A stretch of DNA of 64,000 nucleotides, taken from Albugo candida (Eukaryota). Within the stretch, counting starts at the first letter, position 1, and every line of letters begins with the position of its first letter. A program made the translations under genes and the position numbers. The stretch is from assembly GCA_040437565.1 (NCBI GenBank), contig JBDOQK010000005.1, positions 62,001 to 126,000 of the forward strand. The letters run 5' to 3'. Shown here in pieces: positions 1 to 9,944 of the stretch. The notes under the pieces were generated by a model, which was not told where the DNA came from, made no database searches, and saw only the letters and a list, made by a program, of their open reading frames with translations.

Positions 1-1325
1 ATGAAATTGCTATACACTCATTAGTGACAAATTTGGGTCATGAAAACGAGATCGATTCCTCATGCGAGTACGTAGAAGAGATTTGAATGACTCCGTTTAA
101 TATTTATGTGGATACAGCCAGATGGAAGATGATATACAGCTATTTGAAGTTGCTTCATGCGCTCATGCAGGAGACGTTAACGCTCTCCGCTTCATTGTGT
201 CGCAAAATACTCACGCAATTCTGAGTGCTTCCTCAGAAGGAAGTGTTAATTTGTTTCGATTGAGTGATATCAGACGGCAAAATGATGACCAGAGACTGAA
301 AAAGACTGTAAGAGGACTCGTTGAATTTGTAGTGATGACGTACAAAATTTGGATTATACTCTTAGCCAATGTTGCAATGGGAATGCATCTTTGAGAATGC
401 GATCACTTGCTTGGATGCAAGTATCCATAGTTCATGTGCTGTCATCGGAAGTGAAACGGGTCAACTCGCTTGGATCCAACTCGATAATTCAACGTCCACC
501 ACCAAGATCGGTGAGCATTGTAATCTGACGATGTGCATTACTTCTCCAAAAGGTTGTTTTTGCAGAGAATAGTCACGCAACTTTTCTACCGATTTTCGAC
601 CTGAAAATGCTGCAATGTGACAACGTCGTCGCCACTGTCGGGTTCGTTCATCCTCATGACTCCCAGTAGCATCATCGCTTACATTCAAATACCAGCGCTT
701 CACCCGATCAACAGCTGCAAATTTGGGACATTAAAGCGAACAGAAATTCCGCAATCGCATCAGCGAGGTAAGTATCTCTTCTAAAAAGGTTTATTACAGG
801 TCTCAATTCTGTTTGCCCGGAAAGAAATCCTGGAGAATCAAGTTTGATTTCATTGGAATTGCATCCCACACGACCAGAATTTCTGCTGACAGGCTCATCT
901 GACGGGTGTATCAGCTTTTGGGATCAGCGGCATCTATCCGCTCCCTTTTACGTCGATGCAAAAAAGCATATAAAAGCAGGTATTAACAAATTGGTACTCA
1001 GCAGAGTTTATGACTAATGAGTGATTTTACAGTAAACGCTCTTCGTATCCATCCAGAATCTCCTCAGCACTTTTTCTCTGCTGGTGACGACAGTGGTCTT
1101 TTACACTGGGAAGTAGAATACGATCAATTCGATGCAAATGTAATGAGCACTGGCGAGCAGATGCACCCGAAAACGAATATGACCGGAGTCATTGAAGTTA
1201 CTCGCAGTTTCCTTCCGTGGACATCAATTGACATTCATTCCGAGTCTGATACACTGATAGCTGGCTCGGAAGCGCAGTCGATTACAGTTGTGTGGGATTG
1301 TTGCAGCAGGGATCATAATATCTGA
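1..1325 (+). CDS. WD40-repeat nucleoporin Nup43-like, multi-exon; 5' end lies outside the window
   Basis: Spliced segments read HAGDVNALRF, SSEGSV, QLQIWDIK, LELHPTRPEFLLTGSSDGCISFWDQR and VNALRIHPESPQHFFSAGDDSGLLHW. GT..AG introns start at about 68, 768 and 980. Confidence 0.7.
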
Positions 1326-1737
1326 TAATTATCAGCTCTGAGTCTGAGATATAATCATGAAAGGTTGTATAACCTCTTAATTTACATATCCTTTATGAGA
1401 TAAATGTTCATTCCATGGACTAAATATAGCTGACTTCGATATCGTATTGGGAGAGACAAAGTCGACCTATTTTTCTTTTATAAGCTACTTTAGTGTTCCA
1501 CAAAGAAAAAATATTTCNNNNNNNNNNNNNNNNNNNNNNNNNNNNNNNNNNNNNNNNNNNNNNNNNNNNNNNNNNNNNNNNNNNNNNNNNNNNNNNNNNN
1601 NNNNNNNNNNNNNNNNNCCACAAAGAAAAAATATTTCTACAAAGAAGTGCTCTCACTTCCTTATTTGCACCGTTTGTCCCTCGGCAACTTTACCACTTTG
1701 TTGAGCGTATAGTAGAGAAGTTACTTGTACAGACAGA

Positions 1738-2376
1738 ATGGGATGTTCACGTCATGGAACGCAAATCCATAAAAGGGCAGTAAATACGTACAGCAACCTT
1801 CTTGAAGAAGAAATTATGGAGACTATACCGCCGATGGAAACTTTATTCAATAAGAGTAAACTTCAGACACTTGAAAGCATATTTCCCGATATACATTGCG
1901 ACATACTCAAAGACGTTCTGGGCACAGCCAATTATGATATCGATGCTGCCGCTGAAATGATTGCCGAAATGTCAATCTCCAGCCTCGAGCCGCAAGTGAG
2001 CGAGATCTGTAGCAAAGAAATCGCAAATCGCTGTGAAAAGGATGGTTATAAAATGGAGTTTGAGATGGAAGGATATCAATGGATCACTACCGAAGATGAT
2101 TGGGAGATGATTGAGACAGGTAAAGCGCCAGTCAAAACATTTGCCGAGATCATACAGAGCTGTAAGCCTTCTCTGGCGCTTTCTATGGACGCACAAAGAA
2201 TCTCTATTGCACCAGCGACAATTGAATACACTCGAGAATTACAAGAAAACAAGAAAGTGACTGATTCAAGTTCATTCGACGACGCCTGGACGATCAAATC
2301 ATTTGGAGCTCGGAAGCGTCAGAACATGCGTAAAATGCGTAAAATGCGTAAAATGAAGACGAAACAGCTTGCATGA
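1738..2376 (+). CDS. CUE (ubiquitin-binding) domain protein; start may instead be ATG 1816
   Basis: KLQTLESIFPDIHCDILKDVLGTANYDIDAAAEMI fits the CUE FP motif and three-helix pattern. Basic C-terminus. Confidence 0.65.
   Translation: MGCSRHGTQIHKRAVNTYSNLLEEEIMETIPPMETLFNKSKLQTLESIFPDIHCDILKDVLGTANYDIDAAAEMIAEMSISSLEPQVSEICSKEIANRCEKDGYKMEFEMEGYQWITTEDDWEMIETGKAPVKTFAEIIQSCKPSLALSMDAQRISIAPATIEYTRELQENKKVTDSSSFDDAWTIKSFGARKRQNMRKMRKMRKMKTKQLA
2326..2355 (+). repeat. Coding 9-bp tandem repeat (ATGCGTAAA)x3 encoding MRK repeats
   Basis: atgcgtaaaatgcgtaaaatgcgtaaaatg read directly. Confidence 0.9.
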
Positions 2377-2540
2377 TTCTCTGCATTTTGACCAATCTCT
2401 GCGCTACACTAGATCTCAATATACAAAAATAACCAATCAATCGACTCCATTTTACTGCATGCTCTATTTTTCGCTTTTTTTATAACGTCTGATCCAAAAA
2501 GTTTCGAGCTCATTTTTAATCGGTCTTTTTCGTTAAGCTC

Positions 2541-4736
2541 ATGTTCAAATTACACGTGCGATCAGGCGATTTATTGCTGGAGGATTGTCGTGGGAATCCT
2601 TGTAGCGTGACCACCACCTCCACTTCTTCTTCGCCTGCTGAATACCCCTCTTTTTTACGTTTATTCTGCTCGAATGGAAGCAATGCATCGCCACATGACG
2701 AATGCGACATCGAAACAATGACTAGCGAGGCGGGTGCTGCACTTCTTGAGAGCAAAACCGGTAGCGTACAAAGGACGACAACGTGTTTTGCATTTTACGG
2801 AATGTACAAACTTCTGAGTGGGATGTACCTCGCTTACATCAAAGATGCTCGTGTGATCGGTTCTGGTCCACGAAGCGAGAAGATTTATTGTATCTTAAGT
2901 CTAAAGTTGATTCCAATCTCTCAGACTTCGTACCAAACCTTTTTGAAAAATGCGTCGTCACGCGATATACGCGACGAAGGAATCTATATCTCTATGATAG
3001 AGTCTGTTTTTTTGGCGCGCACGTTTTACTTTTCCTATGAGTACGATCTCACGCTTTCAGCACAACGTAAGGCAATAAAAAATTCGATGAGTTCTGTACG
3101 AAATACGACGATTCAAGTGCCTGCACACATGCCCAATGCCTCTCTTTTATCGCCAGTATCAAGCTCTTCTGGTGCAGGCTCTCAAACAAATGGGAGCAAA
3201 TCATCGACATCATCAACTTCATCCGTATCGACCGTAAATCAGTGCTTATGGCAGCACTTGGAGGATGATTTTTTTTGGAATCGGCGGCTCATACAGCCTT
3301 TTCTCGTAAAAGAGCTTCATTCGTGGATCATTCCTGTAATTAACGGATTTGTTAAAGTGATAAAAAAGTGCGAAGGATTACGATGCGATTTGTTTTTGTT
3401 TACACGGCGAAGTTGGCGTCGAACTGGAACACGATTCAATGTTCGAGGAGTGGATAAAGAAGGGAATGTTGCGAATTTTGTGGAGACGGAAATGATGATT
3501 GTCAAACCGAATGATTCAATCTGCTCTTACGTGCAGATACGAGGCTCTATTCCCTTGTACTGGGATCAGCTGGTAACACTCAAATACATGCCTCGTACTC
3601 GATATGCGTACAGCACCGGAAGTGATCGGATCGTTGATTGGAACGGGCTCGCATTTCGAGCTCATATGGATAACATCATTCAGCGATATGGACACATTAC
3701 AGTCGTCAATTTGGTCGATAGGGCTGGAAGCAGTCGAGCTGTGAGAGATCAAGCTCAACTTGGCACTACTTTTGGTAAATATGTAAAAAAATATAATCAG
3801 CAGTCGTCGTCAGCGGATAATGGATCAGAAAATAATTCATCCAATTCTTCGCCCCGCACAGGTATCACTGCAAAGGCAAATGCGAATAGTAACAATAGCG
3901 CTTTGTCGTATCCGCAACGAATTTTTGCTGACCCGATACAGTACGTGTGGTTTGATTTCCATCATGAATGTCGCAAAATGCAATGGCAAAATCTGTCAAA
4001 ACTTGTTAATGATGTGAAGGATCAATTTGAGCAATACGGCTGGTTTGAATGTGATAAAAGTGGTCGTATTTTGCAGCGTCAAAAAGGTGTGTTTCGGATC
4101 AATTGCATGGATAATTTAGATCGAACCAATGTCGTCATGAGTTTATTTGCTCGAAGAACGACTTTGATGGCGCTCAATCTTTTGGACTCGACCAAGGAAA
4201 ATGTATTAGAGTCTCCATATCGCTCTTTCGAAGTGGTTTTTAAGAATGCTTGGGCAGATAACGCGGATTACATCAGTAAAATGTATGCTGGGACCGGCGC
4301 ACTCAAGACTGATTTTACTCGTACAGGTAAGCGGACTATTATGGGTGCTCTTCAGGACGGAGTGAATTCCATAACGCGCTATTATCTCAACAACTTTGTT
4401 GACGGTATCCGCCAAGATTCATACGATCTTATTGTGGCCAATTATGTACCCGACAAACGAGAAGAATCGCCATTTACATTCCAGCAACGGCACAGCTTTC
4501 TCGTTTTCTTATGCGAGCTCGGTGTGATTCCCTTTATGGCCATCATCATTTCCGTGTCAGCTCAATCCAATCTACCGATACGTACTCATTTATATCACAG
4601 CTTTATTATGACGCTTTGTACCTGTGTCACTATCGGGTATCTGATTGTGAAAAAAGGTATGTTTCGATCTCTGGGAAGGCGATATGTCTGCAAACCGGCC
4701 TTTTGTTCCAGTGGTTACATCAAACGAAGAGAATGA
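2541..4736 (+). CDS. SAC1: SAC1 phosphoinositide phosphatase, single exon, with two C-terminal TM segments
   Basis: FYFSYEYDLT, FFWN, RTGTRFNVRGVDKEGNVANFVETE, QIRGSIPLYW, FDFHHECR, RINCMDNLDRTNVV, YAGTGALKTDFTRTGKRT, RYYLNNF.DG.RQD. Confidence 0.95.
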   Translation: MFKLHVRSGDLLLEDCRGNPCSVTTTSTSSSPAEYPSFLRLFCSNGSNASPHDECDIETMTSEAGAALLESKTGSVQRTTTCFAFYGMYKLLSGMYLAYIKDARVIGSGPRSEKIYCILSLKLIPISQTSYQTFLKNASSRDIRDEGIYISMIESVFLARTFYFSYEYDLTLSAQRKAIKNSMSSVRNTTIQVPAHMPNASLLSPVSSSSGAGSQTNGSKSSTSSTSSVSTVNQCLWQHLEDDFFWNRRLIQPFLVKELHSWIIPVINGFVKVIKKCEGLRCDLFLFTRRSWRRTGTRFNVRGVDKEGNVANFVETEMMIVKPNDSICSYVQIRGSIPLYWDQLVTLKYMPRTRYAYSTGSDRIVDWNGLAFRAHMDNIIQRYGHITVVNLVDRAGSSRAVRDQAQLGTTFGKYVKKYNQQSSSADNGSENNSSNSSPRTGITAKANANSNNSALSYPQRIFADPIQYVWFDFHHECRKMQWQNLSKLVNDVKDQFEQYGWFECDKSGRILQRQKGVFRINCMDNLDRTNVVMSLFARRTTLMALNLLDSTKENVLESPYRSFEVVFKNAWADNADYISKMYAGTGALKTDFTRTGKRTIMGALQDGVNSITRYYLNNFVDGIRQDSYDLIVANYVPDKREESPFTFQQRHSFLVFLCELGVIPFMAIIISVSAQSNLPIRTHLYHSFIMTLCTCVTIGYLIVKKGMFRSLGRRYVCKPAFCSSGYIKRRE

Positions 4737-4949
4737 GCAGAATCCACTCACGATAGATTTTAGATGAGAATTGGATAAGAGCAAAAGGTCATAGTTTTCA
4801 AGAATGCATCACGACACTTTGGAAACGAGTCTCAATGTTCTGACCCTTCCTGTACCCCTTCATTGACTGCGAAGGAATGTATGACTCGACATGTAGAAAA
4901 ATGTGTGTATTAAAACTAATCGAATGGCAAATTATCGATCTTATCGATG

Positions 4950-5483
4950 TCATGCCGTGAGGAGCATACGAAGCAGAGCACATCGACAATCGTCAACGCA
5001 GTCTTCAACCCAATCGCATACATTCTCGATTCCTGTCTCCAGCCGATCGAATAAATCTGGACTGAGTTGAGAGCAAACTGTTTTGTTGGCGCATACGTAG
5101 CATCCTCTTTCTATCTCTCGCAGTTTACTATCCTCATCACAGTTCTTATTCTCTGTTGTGATCGGCCAAAGTCTCAATTCAGAGGAGTCTCTCGTCATAT
5201 ACTTTTGAAATACCATCGAATTTTTATCAGCTGACAAGGGAACGATTTGAGCATTTGGCTTACTGAGAAAACTTGCAATTGAGACAAAGTGTTCGCTGCA
5301 GTTATCCACCAAAGTCGAAAATTCGTCCATCATATCGGCAATCAGATCACCAAATACTTTAAAAGTCTCGTCGCCACTTGGATTCGTTTCTTGTATTGAC
5401 AGCATCAGAAAATATTCAAAAGGAAGATCGTTGAATGGTAATGCTGAAAAGGAATGATCGTGTAGAAAGGATTGTGGCTGCAT
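4950..5483 (-). CDS. Hypothetical protein; may splice to a last exon ending at about 4798
   Basis: 177-aa ATG ORF filling the gap between genes; no family recognised. Confidence 0.4.
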   Translation of the reverse strand: MQPQSFLHDHSFSALPFNDLPFEYFLMLSIQETNPSGDETFKVFGDLIADMMDEFSTLVDNCSEHFVSIASFLSKPNAQIVPLSADKNSMVFQKYMTRDSSELRLWPITTENKNCDEDSKLREIERGCYVCANKTVCSQLSPDLFDRLETGIENVCDWVEDCVDDCRCALLRMLLTA

Positions 5484-5881
5484 GGAAAACGGACGTTCAG
5501 ACGAGTAAGGTGACGATCAGAATTTGGCGAATGACATGATACAGCACAGTGAATCTGTACTGCATCGTCTATAATTGACACTGAAAAAGGTCAGTGTTTC
5601 TGTACCTTCTCAACGCGCCATCATAGATATCGCACTAAAAAGGGCAGTAGTGGCAGTCACACGGTCGACTTGCGCTCATGAATTGAACCGATTGTAGCCT
5701 TTCTCAGACTTGCACTAAAACAATAAAAAGCTTATGATTCAGAGACTTGTGGGTTTCGTAAATCGACCCGAAAGCCTGAGAAGCAGTGAGTCAACACGAT
5801 TTTGTAAATGGGTATGATTCATATCAGCTCCATGTGACAGCAATGCGGGAGGTCGTCGCGTCAATGTTAACGTTGTGTTAC

Positions 5882-6781
5882 TCATACGTACGGATTCGTT
5901 ATCTTGAGTCGATCAATCTTTCCTTTCCTGCCTTCTGATGCGATCATTACAGCTCGTTGGACACTGTACGCCATCAAACTCTTTCGAAGCCAGTTCTTTG
6001 TCGCTTTATGTGTTAGCTTGTTCATGGAGCTTTCACGCTGTACGAAGATCGTGCTTCTATCGCTACTACTTCTACGCGTCCGCATTGATGTAGTACTAAT
6101 TTCTCATCAGGTAACTCCCATCTCCAAAACTCGATAATGTACCGCTTAAATGCACTTTGAGTGTCGTCCAGAAAATTAAAAGTTCTCTTTACAGTGCGAA
6201 GAAGGCAACAAGCAATTTGCATTCCAATTTTGATCAACGTTTAGTGTTCTTTGTAGCGCATCGCATTGCTTCCGTGTGTCGTCGACCATATCATTGTTTT
6301 CATATCGATCGTTGTAAAGAGTATAGACATCTCCGCAGGTAGCAAACAATTTATCGTATCCAAAGGATACACACACGTTAACTTGTACAAAGTGCATCCT
6401 CAGCCACGCTCCTGTTGTGGTGAGGATGCGATGTTTTTATCTCTTTGCTACAGCTGAATATAGCGCGTTGTATTCATAGCAGAAGGCACATGTAGATACA
6501 AAATGTGACAAACTAATACGTCTAAATGCACTGATAGTATTTCTTATAACAGGGCCACGTCGCTACTAGTGGCATTGTAGCCTGTGGATTGGATGATTTA
6601 GATAATTTGAAGTGCTCCGAAGCAAAAGCATGTCGTCTATTTCTATGTAACATGATTGGTTAGGTTCATACAAGCCGGTTGCCGTAACAGAGCAAGCAAC
6701 TGCTTCATTGAGTTTAAATAGCGTCACGGAATGACTGTATGTACTTGGTGAGAAGGTTGCCCTTAATTTCATGTAGTTCAA
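5882..6781 (-). CDS. Possible multi-exon hypothetical gene; boundaries uncertain
   Basis: Chain of short minus-strand ORFs (6566-6781, 6176-6397, 5882-6085) in a gene-dense context, divergent from the SDR gene. Confidence 0.3.
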
Positions 6782-6915
6782 GTCTGACTGGAAGAATATA
6801 TTTCGATTGAAGTCAATTCCCAGGCATTTAACGGATACGTAGACTGTGTTTTTTAAAGTGTTTAATTATCGTTCTTAATAAGAAAAATCGAGAAAACGTC
6901 AGTCGTGGGCAGAGA

Positions 6916-7761
6916 ATGACAATGGGTTCGAGGCTCGCGGGTAAAGTGGCCGTCATCACTGGCGCAGGTGCAGGAATCGGACGAAGCACTGCCATTCTTT
7001 TTGCTCGTGAGGGAGTGAAGGGGGTTGTATGTGCAGATATCAATAAGAAAGCGGCTCAGGAAACTGTTTTGCTAGTGCACGAAGATCTCAAGAGATATGG
7101 CAAAGACGATGTCGTTGCTCTTCCGCTCCAGGTCGATGTCGCAAGCAGCAATGAATGTGAAGAGATGATTCATTTGGCCGAGACGAAGTTTGGCCTTCTC
7201 AACATTCTATTCAATAACGCTGGAATCATGCACAATCAAGACAGCGATGCCATCGAAACAACCGAACAAGTCTTTGATCTGACGATGAATGTCAATGTAA
7301 AAGGCGTATTTAATGGCGCTAAGTACGGCATTCCGGCTTTGCGTCGAGCCGGAGGCGGATCAATCATCAATACAGCGTCGTTCGTGGGAATCATTGGTGC
7401 TGCTACACCTCAGATTGCATACACTTGCAGTAAAGGAGCTGTAATCGCAATGAGTCGTGAGCTTGCAGTGCTTCACGCTAGAGAGAACATTCGTGTGAAT
7501 GCGCTATGCCCTGGTCCACTAAACACAAAGCTGTTGCAAGATTTCTTGGATGATGACGCAAAAAAGGAGCGGCGATTAGTACACGTTCCCATGGGAAGAT
7601 TCGGTGAAGCATCTGAAATGGCAAAAGCGGCGCTTTTTCTGGCGAGTGAAGATGCATCCTACATCACTGGAAGCAACTTTGTTGTGGATGGGGGAATTAC
7701 TTCAGCATACGTTACAAGTGACATTCAAGTCGATCCATTCGGAGGGCCTAAAACCCTATAA
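6916..7761 (+). CDS. Classical short-chain dehydrogenase/reductase (SDR), intronless
   Basis: TGAGAGIG, NNAG, catalytic S and YTCSK, NALCPG, FLAS..ASYITG..FVVDGG. Confidence 0.95.
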   Translation: MTMGSRLAGKVAVITGAGAGIGRSTAILFAREGVKGVVCADINKKAAQETVLLVHEDLKRYGKDDVVALPLQVDVASSNECEEMIHLAETKFGLLNILFNNAGIMHNQDSDAIETTEQVFDLTMNVNVKGVFNGAKYGIPALRRAGGGSIINTASFVGIIGAATPQIAYTCSKGAVIAMSRELAVLHARENIRVNALCPGPLNTKLLQDFLDDDAKKERRLVHVPMGRFGEASEMAKAALFLASEDASYITGSNFVVDGGITSAYVTSDIQVDPFGGPKTL

Positions 7762-8013
7762 TGAAAATGAGTGAGCAATATGCGTTGATAGGTTCTCGTA
7801 AAGTTACTCTTGCATTGATCAAGCGGTTGTAAGGCGAATTTCCGGATTTTCATATCGCCATAACAAACGATACAGTCGTGCAGAAGATCCATCTACTCGA
7901 TTCAGTACTCATANNNNNNNNNNNNNNNNNNNNNNNNNNNNNNNNNNNNNNNNNNNNNNNNNNNNNNNNNNNNNNNNNNNNNNNNNNNNNNNNNNNNNNN
8001 NNNNNNNNNNNNN

Positions 8014-8812
8014 TTGCTCTTCCGCTCCAGGTCGATGTCGCAAGCAGCAATGAATGTGAAGAGATGATTCATTTGGCCGAGACGAAGTTTGGCCTTCTCA
8101 ACATTCTATTCAATAACGCTGGAATCATGCACAATCAAGACAGCGATGCCATCGAAACAACCGAACAAGTCTTTGATCTGACGATGAATGTCAATGTAAA
8201 AGGCGTATTTAATGGCGCTAAGTACGGCATTCCGGCTTTGCGTCGAGCCGGAGGCGGATCAATCATCAATACAGCGTCGTTCGTGGGAATCATTGGTGCT
8301 GCTACACCTCAGATTGCATACACTTGCAGTAAAGGAGCTGTAATCGCAATGAGTCGTGAGCTTGCAGTGCTTCACGCTAGAGAGAACATTCGTGTGAATG
8401 CGCTATGCCCTGGTCCACTAAACACAAAGCTGTTGCAAGATTTCTTGGATGATGACGCAAAAAAGGAGCGGCGATTAGTACACGTTCCCATGGGAAGATT
8501 CGGTGAAGCATCTGAAATGGCAAAAGCGGCGCTTTTTCTGGCGAGTGAAGATGCATCCTACATCACTGGAAGCAACTTTGTTGTGGATGGGGGAATTACT
8601 TCAGCATACGTTACAAGTGACATTCAAGTCGATCCATTCGGAGGGCCTAAAACCCTATAATGAAAATGAGTGAGCAATATGCGTTGATAGGTTCTCGTAA
8701 AGTTACTCTTGCATTGATCAAGCGGTTGTAAGGCGAATTTCCGGATTTTCATATCGCCATAACAAACGATACAGTCGTGCAGAAGATCCATCTACTCGAT
8801 TCAGTACTCATA
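8014..8812 (+). repeat. Gap-flanking duplicate of 7115-7913 (partial second SDR copy); assembly overlap
   Basis: The same sequence resumes right after the 100-N gap at 7914-8013, offset 899. Confidence 0.9.
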
Positions 8813-9348
8813 TACTATCTTCCACATGTCGTACGGACCTCATCGTTGCTGCCGTTTACATGTTGCATAATGGATGGAAAGTACTGTTTAACCGCTTCTT
8901 TTGCATTCGTATCGCACTCAAAGACAATAAGATCAGATGGTTATATACAGCTATCTAAGGGACATACCAGCAGCTCTGTCGTTTCGAATTCTATCTCGTC
9001 GTCCAGTTGTGAGAGCAGCTTCAGACGACAGCAATTTCCTCCGGTTTTTGCAAGAATGCATTCTCGCTGTGCGTTGGTCTAGTTATGATTGTTAGCATAA
9101 CTAATATAACTTGTTGATGTCGTTTATCGCCCTGAACCTCGAAACTCGTGATTGTAACATGATATTCTTTGTATCCGCCGTCTGCGCATTGTACACTATT
9201 TATGTTAGCAGTACAAAATTTGATTCTTCGAAGCAGCGTACCATTCATCGATGGGTTTCTCGACACCCATCAGCCCAAAATGACTGCCCTCTGAGTCGAT
9301 GAAATATCCTTGAAACCACAGTGCATTTGGTGTCACAAAACATAACAT
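8749..9348 (-). CDS. Small multi-exon hypothetical protein; 3' end uncertain
   Basis: MLCFVTPNALWFQGYFIDSEGSHFGLMGVEKPIDE, then CVQCADGGYKEYHVTITSFE, then TNAQRECILAKTGGNCCRLKLL, joined by short GT-AG introns. Confidence 0.5.
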
Positions 9349-9406
9349 GCCACGACCTTGACTATTAATTTCCATTATAGTACAATGGTATACATTAATT
9401 AATCCC

Positions 9407-9871
9407 ATGACATCATTCCACATATACTCAGTATTTCAAGAAAAAGCTTTACTCGATGCATTGCGCAATTTGAATCGCGGAATTCTTCCAATGCAGTGCC
9501 CCAACTCTGTATATAAAATCGCACTCAATGATCCAAGGAAATTGAGTGCTGTCGCAACATATTCGACAGCACGCGTGATTGTGGGCGGAATAATGGCACA
9601 ATGCGTTCTAAACATTGCTGTGATTCATACATTAGCGATAGAAATCCGATACCGTCGTCGTGGAATAGGGACGCTACTTTTGCAGTATTTGGAGAGCCTT
9701 CTCATTTCTCAAGGGATAGAGTGCATGCAGCTATACGTCCATGAAGACAACGATGCAGCCATCGCATTATACCAAAAATTCGGTTTCCATAAAGCTCAAT
9801 ATCTCCGAAATTGCTATCGACATTTAGAGCCACCGGGTGGATTTCTACTTGAAAAACGTATCGAAAGATGA
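9407..9871 (+). CDS. GNAT acetyltransferase (RimI/NAA50-like)
   Basis: IHTLAIEIRYRRRGIGTLLL (motif A) and LYVHEDNDAAIALYQKFGF (motif B). Confidence 0.9.
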   Translation: MTSFHIYSVFQEKALLDALRNLNRGILPMQCPNSVYKIALNDPRKLSAVATYSTARVIVGGIMAQCVLNIAVIHTLAIEIRYRRRGIGTLLLQYLESLLISQGIECMQLYVHEDNDAAIALYQKFGFHKAQYLRNCYRHLEPPGGFLLEKRIER

Positions 9872-9944
9872 TTATGTTCATAATAGCCTATGCTATAATA
9901 AAATCTACAATCGATAATTAGGATCTTTGATCCACACTCAGCGC

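Noticed and set aside
7878-8660. Apparent tandem duplicate SDR gene
   Set aside because: Identical sequence on both sides of a 100-N gap (7115-7913 = 8014-8812); the same pattern occurs at six other gaps, so it is an assembly overlap
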